Assembly: GCF_001194135.2 (NCBI RefSeq)
Contig: NC_068982.1
Location: 5,167,378 to 5,231,377 of the forward strand
Reading direction: 5' to 3'
Length of the DNA stretch: 64,000 nucleotides
From: Octopus bimaculoides
Taxonomy: Eukaryota
The notes under the pieces are model-generated. The model had not been told where the DNA came from, searched no databases, and saw nothing but the letters and a program-made list of their open reading frames with translations. The translations under genes and the position numbers were made by a program. This document shows positions 49,530 through 61,730 of this stretch, in pieces; positions within the stretch are counted from its first letter, which is position 1, and every line of letters starts with the position of its first letter.

Positions 49530-50596
49530 TACACGCACACATGCGCATAAATATACGATGAGCTTCTTTCAGTCTCCATTTACTCACAAGGCTTTGGTCA
49601 GCCTGCAGCTATAGAAGAAGGCACTTGCTGAAGGTGCCACACAATGGGACTGAACCTAGAACCATTTGGTTGGGAAGCAAACTGCTTACCACACAACCTT
49701 TTGCCCCTAAAATTCAATCAACTGACAGATTCTGCACTCTCGCAATTAGCCATTTATTATTATTTTTTTTTGTGAATAAAGAAAGAAAATCTAAAGTAGA
49801 AATTGCAAAAGAGTGAGATGTTCAGTATAAAGTGACATTAAGAGTATATTTGGTGAATTAATTACTACATAGTCATATTATTAAATCTGATTACTGTCAT
49901 TTATTGTGCCTCTGAGCCAGACACATTACCATCCATGTCTGTCAGATAACAAGTTTCATTTCAACGATGCTGTCGACTGGTTACCATTTGAAAGGTCATT
50001 CATTTGTAAAATTAATTACTCCAATAATATGCAGACATTCAAATTTGCAAAAACATCCAACATGACGGAAACATGAAAACATGGATGCAAAACAGAGCAA
50101 AGAAACATAATAATTAAAATTTGTGTGATGTTTCTCAACAACATGGTTCTAGGTTCAATCCCACTGCACGGCACTTTGGGCAAGTGTCTTTTTACTATAG
50201 CCTTGGGCTAACCAAAGCCTTGTGTGTGGATTTGTGATGGTGTGTTTATGACATTGTAACTTAGAGGTTTGACAAAAGAGATTGATAGAATAAGCAATAG
50301 GCTTTACAGAAAAAATATGTACATGGGTTGATTCATTTGACTAAAAATTCTTCAAGGCGATGCCCCAGCATGGCTGCAATCTAATGACTGAAACAAGTAA
50401 AGCATAAATGATAGTTCTGGTCAAGGATCACACATGATACATGAAATTTACCTTCTTTATTTGTCCAATCATTGATGGAGAAGAAGCAGCAGAAATAGTT
50501 GGGTTTATTTTTTTTTATCCATCCACTATATTCTGAGATCAACTATCACCTTTTCATATTTGATGGATATTATTATTATTATCATGGTTCAGTAGT

Positions 50597-50713
50597 TTTA
50601 TTTTTATAACGTGCTTTCACTTCACTACCGAGCGCAGCTCTGTGCGCCTTGGGTATGTGCTGTGGTTTGCTGTGGTGCTCTTATGGTTACTGTATTGAAA
50701 GTGTTTTGCGTTA
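50597..50713 (-). mobile_element. Short 3' end of the R4/Dong-like LINE, flanked by (TTA)n
   Basis: High similarity to 42040-42145; minus strand ends RKTLSIQ*; TTA tracts on both sides. Confidence 0.8.
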
Positions 50714-50714
50714 A

Positions 50715-50768
<54 letters not shown>

Positions 50769-50892
50769 TACTACTACTACTACTATTATTATTATTATCA
50801 GTATTATTATTATTATTATTATTGCCTTTACACAGCTTCTAACGCTGAAGATGTACTGCAGTGTCACTGCCAGTGAACTGAGGTAACACCTC

Positions 50893-50926
<34 letters not shown>

Positions 50927-50930
<4 letters not shown>

Positions 50931-51206
50931 TTCTATATTTAAGAGATGAGGAATTATGTACATTATTTACATTATTTACAATTGACAGATATTTGTCCTC
51001 ATCTTGTTTGTTGTTAATACGTTTCGGCTGATATACTCTCCAGCCTTCATCAGGTGTCCTGGAGAAATTTCAAACCTGGGTTCTCATTCCTAAGGTATTT
51101 TTCAATGTTATTATTATTATTATTATCATTATTCAGGTCACTGCCTGGAATCGAACTCGGAATCTTGGGGTTAGTAGCTCACACTCTTAACCACTACGCC
51201 ATATGC
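50927..51206 (-). mobile_element. Full-length tRNA-headed SINE-like element with (TAA)n spacer and hammerhead ribozyme-like motif
   Basis: A box TGGCGTAGTGG (51201-51191), B box GAGTTCGATTCC (51158-51147), (TAA)n, then GACAC CTGATGA A GGCTG gagagtatat CAGCC GAAA CG TA (51058-51018). Confidence 0.85.
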
Positions 51207-51479
51207 TTTTATCTCACTGAAGCTGTGAAATGACAGAAAAAAGATCTGAACAAAATGGCTTACAGCACTTTTGTCTGTCCAACTAAATTCTGAGTTAAAA
51301 TTGACCAAATCCGACAGGATTTCCTACATCTTTCTTCATTACCAAAACAATTAATGTTAATAAGATACCACGATTGATTCAATCAGTTGATTGTACAGCT
51401 TCCTTTCAAGAATTGACACAGTACCTGTCTAAGAAATCAATAGCAATCATTTATGTCTTATAGATTCTTCATTTATCTT

Positions 51480-52190
51480 TTACCATATCGGTTGTTTCAG
51501 TCATTTAGACTGTGGCCATGCTGGGGCACCACCCTCAAGAATTTTTGGTTGAATGAATCAACCTCAGCACTTTTTTTTTAAAGACTGGTACTTATTCTAT
51601 CAGCCTATTTTGGTGAATTACTAAGTTATGGGGATGTAAACACACCAACACTGGTTGTCAAGCAGTGATGGGGACTAACGCAGTCACAAACACACACACA
51701 CACAAAATGGGTTTCTTTCAGTTTCCATCTACCAAATCCATTCATAAGTCTTTCGTTGGTCTCAGGCTATGGTAGAAGACACTTGCCCTAGGTGCCACAC
51801 AATGGGACTGAACCTGGAACCATGTGGTTGGGAAGCAAGCTTCTTACCACATAGCTACTCCTATATATATATGACGGCATTCTTTCAGTTTTCATCTACC
51901 AAATCCACTCACAAGGCTTAGATCAGCCCGAGGCTATAGCAGAAGACACTTGCCCAAGGTGCTACACACTGGGACTGAACCCAGAACCATATGGTTGGGA
52001 AGCAAGCTTCTTACCACACAGCCACTCCTATATATATGATGGGCGTCTTTCAGTTTGCATCTACCAAATCCACTCACAAGGCTTTGGTCAGCCCGAGGCT
52101 ATAGTAGAAGACACCTGCTCAAGGTGCCTTGCAATGAGACTGAACCCGGAACCATAATGGTTTTGGAAGCAGGCTTCTTACCCCAAAACC
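51480..52190 (-). mobile_element. Family-1 SINE with three tandem 5' modules on one 3' module
   Basis: Units ~51710-51862, 51873-52030 and 52038-52190 each read ggagtggctgtgtggtaagaagcttgc..ccttgggcaagtgtcttct..gaaactgaaaga on the minus strand and are separated by (TA)n; the tail module is 51480-51700. Confidence 0.85.
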
Positions 52191-52799
52191 AAACCTGTAG
52201 CCAGCATAAGCTCTGTTAGAAGTTTCTATTTTTTCAATTGAACAGCATCAACTACAGAAAGATGACCAACATTATAATCATCTACTCTTCCTCTAAAGAT
52301 GATACATGTATTACAGCCGTGGCCATCTTGTCTTTCTTGAGGTCCCTACAACTAGATTCTATAATGTATCTTTTTTAAAATAGGGTGTGATTTGAGAAAG
52401 ATTTGACTACTATTTCTTGGAGGCTAATTGATCAGACAGAGCCATGGTTCCCAACTTTTTTAACATCCAGGTCAAATCCAAAACCTGGTTTATTTTAGCA
52501 GGACACACCAAAGAATGCATATCATAAGTTAATTAACGGAAAATCTATGATATATCGTAAAACCTTAGTGTATATTGTTTTATATATATATACATACATG
52601 TAGGAGAGACATGGTCTAGTGGTTAGAGCAGCTGACTCGCAGCGATTTGTTCGACTAAAGGCGGTGCTCCAGCATGGCCACGGTCAAATGACTGAAACAA
52701 ATAAAAGAATAAAAGAATAAAAGAATAAGTTGTTGTAAACATTTTTCTCACCCTGTGGAGTCAATATGAACCACAGGAAAGATGTGGCGTTCAAGACTT

Positions 52800-53060
52800 A
52801 TCCATTCTAATCTCCATTACCATTGTCATCATCACCATCATTGCAATCCACAGCACTGCCAACATAGCTGCCACCACCACCACCACCACCACCACCACCA
52901 CCACCACCACCAGCATTCATCTACACTCCAGTACTGCCATTAACACCACTTCATCTTCATCCATCTTCTGCATCGTTATTAACACCTCAAGTATCGTCAT
53001 CAGCTTCACCATCATCATCATCATTCTCATCGCCTTCATCATGGTATTCTTGAAAATTAA
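52800..53060. repeat. (CAC)n/(CAT)n low-complexity tract
   Basis: caccaccaccac and catcatc runs. Confidence 0.85.
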
Positions 53061-55441
53061 CAAGGTATCCATTCCATATCTTGTTCGCTCCTGCATTTGT
53101 ATGTTCCTCACTCGCAGATGCTCTGCTTAGAAGTCTTCAAAATAACAACAAAAAAACAACATACAAAAGAAAAAAGAAAACTTGTGCAAATAAGCATGTA
53201 ATAGAACTTACAACTTTAATGAAAAAAAGAAAAACACACAAAAAACAAAAAATGGAAAGAGAAGCGAGGAAAAAAAATTAGATTTTACTTGCATGCATTT
53301 AATGGTGCATGGAGTGCACTTGGAATATTTTCTCCGAAGATGCTGCACCAGGCTAGCTTCTCATAGCTTCTTCAGCAAATAGGATAATAATAACAACCTT
53401 GTTGTAACCGTTTTTGATGCAATTATAGTTGTTGTTGTTGTTATTTGTTTCTTTTTTATTTTTTCTCCCCCAAATATTTTTCTTTATGTTTGCAAATCGG
53501 TAACTGAGCACCAGTTGATACCGTCTGTCATGTGTCATCGCTAAAACGTCTCTTGTTTCTTAACATTTTAAAAATTTCTTTTCTTTTCTGTTTATTCGTT
53601 TATTCTTTCGTTTATCTGATTTGCATTTTGAAATTTTAATTTGTAATTTTTTTCTATCCTCTTTTTTTTATATATTCTTTTATTTGTTTCAGTTATTTTG
53701 ACTGCGGCCATGCTGGAGCATCGCTTTTAGTCGAACTTATCAATCCCAGGACTTATCCTTTGTAAGCCTAGTACTTATTCTATTGGTCTCTTTTTGTCGA
53801 ACCTCTAAGTTATGGGGACGTAAACACACCAATATTGGCTATCAAGCGATAATGGATGCACAAACACACACACATAAACATATACACGCACACATACATA
53901 TGCATATATATATATAAAAAGCACCATCTGAGCGTGATCGTTACCAGGGCTGCTGACTAGCTCCTGTGCCGGTGGCATGTAAAAAGTACCATTTGAGTGT
54001 GATCGTTGCCAGTGTCACCTGACTGGCACATGTGCTGGTGGCATGTGAAAAACAACATTCAAGCGTGGTTGTTGCCAGAACTGCCTGACTGGCCCTCATG
54101 CTGGTGTCACATAAAAGCGCCTACTACACTCTCGGAGTGGTTGGCATTAGGATGGGCATCCAGCTGTAGAAACTTTGCCAGATCAGATTGGAGCCTGGTG
54201 CAGCCATCTGTCTCGCCAGCCCTCAGTCAAACCGTCCAACCCATGCCAGCATGGAAACCAGACGTTAAACAATGATGATGATGATGATGATGATATATTT
54301 CTTTTACTCGTTCTTTCTTTGATAGTTCTGAATCTATTTTTTTTTAATTCTAGAATTGGTGCAATGATTGTTTTTGGTTTTTTTTACTTAGAGATCTTCC
54401 TTACAAGTAAAGGTAGAACCTGACATTAACAAAGCATAACGATGCAAGAAGAATTTTGTATCTTCCTAAGAGACAGAGCGCGATCATTGTAGCAAGAGAA
54501 TTTTGATCATATACGTAGTAAATGGTCTGAGCCATAGAAATGATAAATCATTGGAAGAGAACCATTTGACAAGAGCTTGTGTTTAATGTTCCTAGCATTA
54601 AACTGGTAGAAAATACATCTCTCTTGAATAAAAAGACATATTTATTTCAGGTGATTTTTTACCAAGAAGAATCATTAAGTTTTTCTGTCAGGTGGTACAA
54701 AGAATTGTTTCCTCTACAAAGGTGGGGGAAAAAAAACTGAAAACTTGCAAGTGAACTGAACTTAAAACAAATGAACTGAGGTCAGTTACCCTACCCACTC
54801 AGCCAATTTATTTCTGAGTGTGTAGTGGTGATTCAAAAGCAAACCACTAGATAGCTAATCAGACATCATAGAAAAAACCACAGCATGTTACACATGATTG
54901 GTCTATTAAGTAACCAATCAGCTCCAAGCCACCACATGATTTGATTTCCTAGAATTTTCTTCTTGTGCCCTATATAAAAAAAGGTGGATTTTGGGAAAAA
55001 TCACAGAATGTTGAGGCTGCCACACATCAACTCCATTCTTGACGCAACTAGCCGATTAGAACAGATGGTAGACAGTCAACAGGAATCTCTGATGCTACAG
55101 TTATAGTGCAATTATTTTCCATTTGTGATAGGTCAGCCACACTCTGCTATATCAGTTAATTTGTAGTAGGCCCCAAGCAGTATGTCACTCCTTGTATATA
55201 ATTATTGCTGTTATATTCACAAAAGACCAACTCTATACATATTAATAAAATCTTCTGTTAATTAGGGGTGGCTATAGGCATAGGAGTGGCTGTATGGTAA
55301 GTAGCTTGCTTAACAAAAACACATGGTTCTGGATTCAGTCACATGGTGTGGCACCTTGGGCAAGTGTCTTCTGCTATAGCCTCAGGCCAACCAAAAGCCT
55401 TGTGAGTGGATTTAGTAGACGGAAACTGAAAGAAGCCCATC

Positions 55442-55502
<61 letters not shown>

Positions 55503-55977
55503 TGTGCCTGTGTCTGTGTTTGTTCCCCCACCATCGTTTAATAACGGATGCTAGTGTGTTTACATCGCCGTAACTTAGCAGTTTGGCAAAGAGACCGATA
55601 GAATAAGTACTAGGCTTACAAAGATTGGTTTGACTAAAGACGGTGCTCCAGAATGGCCACAGTCAAATGACTGAAACAAATGAAAGAATAAAAGAATAAG
55701 TGAGTGTTGTCAGTTATTTCTTCATGCAGCCCAAGAAATACATTTTCATTGACCAATGCAGCAATAACAACAACAGCAATTACCACAAGTGACAAGCCAC
55801 AAGTGACAACCTCCTAGCAATGAGTACTTAATGCAGGATTCACAGATTTTTGCTAAATCAACTGAAAAGCAGGCATAATGATAAAGATTAATAATTATTA
55901 TTAATTAATGATTATTATTAATGGTGTCTCTTTGTTATTAAAATACTGTGGTTCTGTTGAAAAATAATTATACATAA

Positions 55978-56440
55978 ATCATCATCGTCGTTTAACGCCC
56001 ACTTTCAATGCTGGCATGGGTTGGACGGTTTGATTGAGGACTGGCAAGCCAGAAGGTTACACCAGGCTCCAATCTGTTCTGGCAAGGTTTCTACAGCTGG
56101 ATGCCCTTCCTAACACCAACGACTCTGAGAGTGTACGGGGTGCTTCTTCTGTGCCACCAGCACGAGGGCCAGTCAGACAGTACTGGAATCGACCACAGTT
56201 GAATGGTGCTTTTTATATGCCACTGGCACAGGGAGCCAGTCCGGCAGCACTGGCAACGACCCACACATGAATGGTGCTTATTGCATGTCACCAGCAGGGG
56301 AGTCAGTCAGGCTATATATATATGCCAAATTAGATTGGAGCCTGGTGTTGCCATCCGGTTTCACCAGTCCTCAGTCAAATCGTCCAACCCATGCTAGCAT
56401 GGAAAGTGAACGTTAAACGATGATGATGATGATGATATAT
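55978..56440. mobile_element. Two family-3 SINE pieces in inverted orientation (minus 55978-56290; plus tail 56325-56435)
   Basis: catcgtcgtttaacgcccactttc..gcatgggttggacggtttga at the left; agattggagcctgg..gcatggaaagtgaacgttaaac(gat)n at the right. Confidence 0.8.
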
Positions 56441-56679
56441 ATATATATACAAATTGTATTTGTATTAACTTTATTGATTACATGTCAAAGGCAATATAGC
56501 TGAAATATTCATTAAGATGTATTGGCATTTTTATACACAAATATGTGTAAATGAAAGATAAGATGAACTGTAAAAGTACACTTATAATTAGTAGAAAGCA
56601 GTTTGTTGGTAAATTGTAACGAACGTCCGATGTTGTGGAACCAAATTAACAATCTATATTTTTAACAACGATTATTGAA

Positions 56680-56920
56680 ATATTTATTTCTTTAATGCCC
56701 ACAGAGGGCTAAACATAAAGGGCACAAACAAGGACAGACAAAGGGATTAAGTCGATTACATCGACTCCAGTGCGTAACTGGTACTTATTTGATCGACCCC
56801 AAAAGGATGAAAGGCAAAGTCGACATCGGTGGAAATTGAACTCAGAACATAAAGACAGATGAAATACCACTAAGTATTTCACCCGGCGTGTTAACGATTC
56901 TGCTAGTTTGCTGCCCTAGG
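56680..56920 (-). mobile_element. Family-2 (Nin-like) SINE, tail variant A
   Basis: atttctttaatgcccacag..aaggacagacaaagggattaagtcgattac..gatgaaaggcaaagtcgac..gattctgctag. Confidence 0.8.
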
Positions 56921-57390
56921 ATTACTGGAATATTATTCTACCAATGTCCTTGGCAATGGCATGAAATCATTGTGAATTTAGTTTGTTTTGCCCTTCTCTG
57001 AGATCAGTATGCTTACCATCAAGAAATACGTTTGATATTTGCTTTGTAGACTAACTTGAACATACAGACCTTTGATAATTGATTTTGTTTATCATAATTG
57101 CAGAAGATATTAAATATTGATCAACTGATAAGGCATTAAACATTTGATGAAACTAATCATGTGCTTTTTAATTTTTTCATTATATTTTGGTTGCATTATT
57201 CCATTCCTAATTTACTAAGCAATATGGTTTGGCTGTTGTGCTTATTGCTGGGGTTTTGATCTTGGTTAAAAATCACTTCAGCTGAGCATAGTTCGCTGCT
57301 GTAATCAGCAGCAGCAGCTCAGTAAAAACAGATGCGTGGTTGAGTAACTTGAAACACTAAATTAACTGTGATAGCATTTGACTATCATTG

Positions 57391-57425
<35 letters not shown>

Positions 57426-57689
57426 TTCATGTCCATTTTCTATGCTGGCATGGGTTGGATGGTTTGACAGGAGCTGGTAAAAGTATAAAAGTATAAAAGA
57501 ATAAAAGAATAAAAGAATATAATACAGTGTGAAGGCCCATGGCTCAGTGGTAAGGCATGTTCCATTCACTATCATGAGATCGTAGTTTTGATTTCCATAC
57601 TGCCTGCACGTTTCTGAGCAAAAATACTTCATTTCATGTTATCCCAGTCCACTCAGCTGAAAAGGGTTACATTACTATCTTTAAGAGAT

Positions 57690-58575
57690 GAGGAATTTTT
57701 TTTTTTTTTTTTTTTTTAGTTTCAGCTTAGAGCTGCGGCCATGCTGATGCACCACCATGTTGCTACACTGTTATTACAGGGAGCCTCTTACAATATGTGG
57801 CACTTGGTGAAGAATGGAGTTTGATTTAGTAACCCTCATTTGCACCTCCTGCCGCGAGGTAGGTTCATCTGGGACTCTCGACAGGAAGAGGTCCAGCTTT
57901 GATTTAAAAACTTCTACATCTACTTTGTGCAGATTCCTCAGGCTCTTTGGGAGAATATTAAAAAGTTGTGGGCCCNNNNNNNNNNNNNNNNNNNNNNNNN
58001 NNNNNNNNNNNNNNNNNNNNNNNNNNNNNNNNNNNNNNNNNNNNNNNNNNNNNNNNNNNNNNNNNNNNNNNNNNNNNNNNNNNNNNNNNNNNNNNNNNNN
58101 NNNNNNNNNNNNNNNNNNNNNNNNNNNNNNNNNNNNNNNNNNNNNNNNNNNNNNNNNNNNNNNNNNNNNNNNNNNNNNNNNNNNNNNNNNNNNNNNNNNN
58201 NNNNNNNNNNNNNNNNNNNNNNNNNNNNNNNNNNNNNNNNNNNNNNNNNNNNNNNNNNNNNNNNNNNNNNNNNNNNNNNNNNNNNNNNNNNNNNNNNNNN
58301 NNNNNNNNNNNNNNNNNNGGCTGAGGACAAATGTCCTCCAGAGGATCATCATGGTTTCCTTATCTCTGGTTCTGAATGTTCTCAGGATCCATCCAGCCAA
58401 TCGTCTGCACTTTGTTGCCATCCTGGTAATGTGCACTTGGAAAGAGGTATCATCACTCATGTCGATACCCAGGTCTCTCACTGATTTAGGCTCTGGAATT
58501 GAAATTCCCTGCGGACCAGTGTACTCTGTAAGTTTCATATTCAGTTTTGGACGTTGGTAGCGCAGGGCTTGGAAT
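57690..58575 (-). mobile_element. 5'-truncated CR1-like LINE (with gap), inserted into the tail of a hammerhead-motif SINE
   Basis: PKSVRDLGIDMSDDTSFQVHITRMATKCRRLAGWILRTFRTRDKETMMILWRTFVLS...GPQLFNILPKSLRNLHKVDVEVFKSKLDLFLSRVPDEP. The host motif taagagatgaggaatt (~57672-57687) is separated from cattatttac (58583). Confidence 0.88.
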
Positions 58576-58581
58576 TTTTCA

Positions 58582-58739
58582 GCATTATTTACATTATTTA
58601 CATTATTTACATTTGATGGATATTTGTTCTCATCTTGTTTGTTGTTAACACAATGTTTCGGCTGATATGCCCTCCAGACTTCATCGGGTGTCTTGGGGAA
58701 ATTCCGAACCTTGGTTCTCATTCCTAAGGTATTTTTCGA

Positions 58740-58774
<35 letters not shown>

Positions 58775-58863
58775 TCACTGCTTGGAATTGAACTCGGAAT
58801 CTTGGGTTTAGTAGCTCGTGCTCTTAATCATTAAGTTTGATTCCAGGCAGTGACCTGAATAAC

Positions 58864-58909
<46 letters not shown>

Positions 58910-59056
58910 TTGAAAATGCCTTAGGAATGAGAACCCAGGTTCGAAATTTCCCCAAGACACCTGATGAAGGCTGGAGGGTATATCAGCCAAAATGTTGTGT
59001 TAACAACAAACAAGATGAGGACAAATATCCGTCAAATGTAAATAATGTAAATAATG
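58582..59056. repeat. Head-to-head inverted pair of hammerhead-motif SINEs (minus 58582-58838; plus 58836-59056)
   Basis: attcaggtcactgcttggaatt (58768-58789) vs gattccaggcagtgacctgaat (58839-58860); the arms continue through (TAA)n, the hammerhead region and (aataatgta)n. Spacer about 49 nt. Confidence 0.92.
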
Positions 59057-59322
59057 TGTAAAGGGTTAATCCTGTTATTGACTACCCTTCTGATCAGGGG
59101 AAATGTCAGTCTATTCCCCTAGCCAGTGAGACAGTATCATCCAAAAGCTAAAATGATGCAGAGTACATTGTGACCATCAATGTATAACATTTAATAGCTT
59201 GATTAATAGTCGTACTGAGATAATATATTGCAGTAACCATCCCTGTCATGTTCTAATGTTTCAATATAATAGACGGGAAGATGAAAGCTATTAACAAATA
59301 CAAATTAAAGGATGCAATTAAA

Positions 59323-59927
59323 GGCCGATGCCAGTGTCCCCTAACTGGCTCTTGTGCTGGTGGCATATAAAAAGCACCATCCAAACATGGTTGATGCCAG
59401 TACTCCCTGACTGGGCCCCATGCTGATGGCACATAAAAAGCACCATCCGAACGTGGCCGATGCCAGTATCCCCGGCTGGCTCTTATGCTGGTGGCACATA
59501 AAAAGCACAATTGGAATATGGCCAATGCCAGCATCCTCTGACTGGCCCCTGTGCTGGTGGCATGTAAAAAGTATCATTTGAATGTGGCCAATGCAAGTAC
59601 CCCCGATTGGCTCCCATGCCGGTGGCATGTAAAAAGCACCATCCAAATGTGACCAATGTTAGTACCCACTGACTGATCCCGTGCTGGTGGCACGTAAAAT
59701 GTACTATCTGAACATGGCTGATACCAGGCCCGCCTTACTGGTTCCTGTGCCAGTGACACGTAAAAAGCACCCACTACACTCTCGAAATGGTTGGCATTAG
59801 GAAGGGCATCCACCTGTAGAAACACTGCCAGATCAGATTGGAGCCTGGTGCAGCTGCTGGCTCTCAGTCAAACCATCCAACTCATGCCAGCATGGAAAAC
59901 AGATGTTAAATGATGATGATGATGATA

Positions 59928-59980
<53 letters not shown>
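59323..59980 (+). mobile_element. Family-3 SINE with ~7 internal ~65-bp tandem units and long (GAT)n tail
   Basis: Repeating ggccgatgccagt..gactggc..tgctggtggca(c/t)(a/g)taaaaagcaccat..aa(c/t)(a/g)t, then the standard tail and (gat)n. Confidence 0.88.
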
Positions 59981-60766
59981 TTAAGAATTTGATGATAAAA
60001 GTGTATAATGCAATTAAAGCTCATCTCTGAAACCTTTTTCTTTTACTTGTTTCACTCATTAGCCTGAGGCCATATATATATATATATATATATATATGAC
60101 AGGCTTCCTTCAGTTTCCATCTAAAATAATCCAGTCACAAGGCTATAGAGAAGACACTTGCCAAAGCTGCCACACAGAAGGACTGAACCAGGAACCATGT
60201 GGTTGGGAAGCAAACTTCTTATCACACAGTCACACCTGTTTGTCTACGAAGCCTATTGCAGACCAAATGGCAAGTAAATCTTCTTCGTGGTCAGAATCTA
60301 GCAATACAAGACAGAGAAGTAAAGTAATACGAAAGCTAAAAATAACAGAAATATTCTGGGTTGAGACAGAAACGGCAGATCTGAGAATTATCAAAATTAA
60401 ATGATTGAACAAAAGCCTAATGTTAACTGCAGACTACACTTTCAGCATAAAAAGATAATCAACTATTCTTTGGTTGTCCTATCTTTCTAAAGATGAAATA
60501 TATTTATAGACATGCCGCCCCCTCTCTCACTCTTTCATGTGCCTATCCCCACACTCTCGCTCTTCGTTAACCCCTCCCAGCATCATCACTTGCAGCAGGC
60601 ATCTCTTCTCCCATCTCTAAACATATCCCCTCACACACTTATGGAACATCCCCCCCTCTATCCCTTCTCTATTACTTATGCTCCCCACCACTGTTCACTG
60701 TAGGTAAGACTCAATACATCACCAACACCATCTCTCTCTTTCTATCTCTCTCTATCTCTCTCTATC

Positions 60767-60819
<53 letters not shown>

Positions 60820-61247
60820 AACTTTCTCCCACCTCCGTTCTTCTACTTTGTCCTACTTGGGTGGCCAAATGTTTCCTCTTACAGTAAGGCAACTGTCCCT
60901 GCCTCTCCATCATTTTCTAACTGCTCACTTGGCACACAGCCACCTCTCGGTTCCACTCCCTCTCTCAACTAAGAGGTCCTTTCTCTTGCAAGTTACTTGG
61001 TGACCCTGCTGGTGCTGGTGCCACATGCAAAAGCACCCAGTACACTCTGTAAAATGATTGATGTTAGGAAAGCATCCAGTCGTAGAAACCTTGCCAAAAG
61101 AGACACTGGAGCCCGACGCAGCTCTCCAGCCTTGTCAGCTCCTGTCAAACCATTCAACCCATGTCATATGTATGTTGTGTCTCTGTGACTTAGCAGTTTG
61201 GGAAAAGGGCCTGATAAAATAAGTACCAGGTTTGAAAAGGCATAGGA

Positions 61248-61434
61248 GTGGCTGTGTGGTAAGTAGCTTGCTTACCAACCACATAGTTCTGGGTTCATTC
61301 CCACTGTGTGGCACCTTGGGAAAGTGTCTTCTGCTATAGCCTCGGGCCGACCAAAGCCTTGTGAGTGGATTTCGTAGACGGAAACTGAAAGAAGCCTGTC
61401 GTATATATGTATATATGTATATATNNNNNNNNNN

Positions 61435-61500
<66 letters not shown>

Positions 61501-61730
61501 TGTGTGTATGTGAGTGTGTGTTTGTGTGTCTGTATTTATCCCCCCAACATCGCTTGACAACCGATGGTGGTGTGTTTACGTACCCGTAAATTAGCAGTTC
61601 AACAAAAGAGACCGATGGAATAAGTACTAGGCTTACAAAGAATAAGTCCTGGGGTCGATTTGCTCGACTAAAAGGCGGTGCTCCAGCATGGCCACAGTCA
61701 AAATGACTGAAACAAATAAAAGAGTAAAAG
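61248..61730 (+). mobile_element. Young full-length family-1 SINE nested in an older related tail
   Basis: ggcataggagtggctgtgtggtaag..gggttcattccc..ccttggg(a)aagtgtcttct..(TA)n(TG)n..ggcggtgctccagcatggccacagtcaaaatgactgaaac. Older tail fragments flank it (61170-61245, 61730-61830). Confidence 0.88.
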
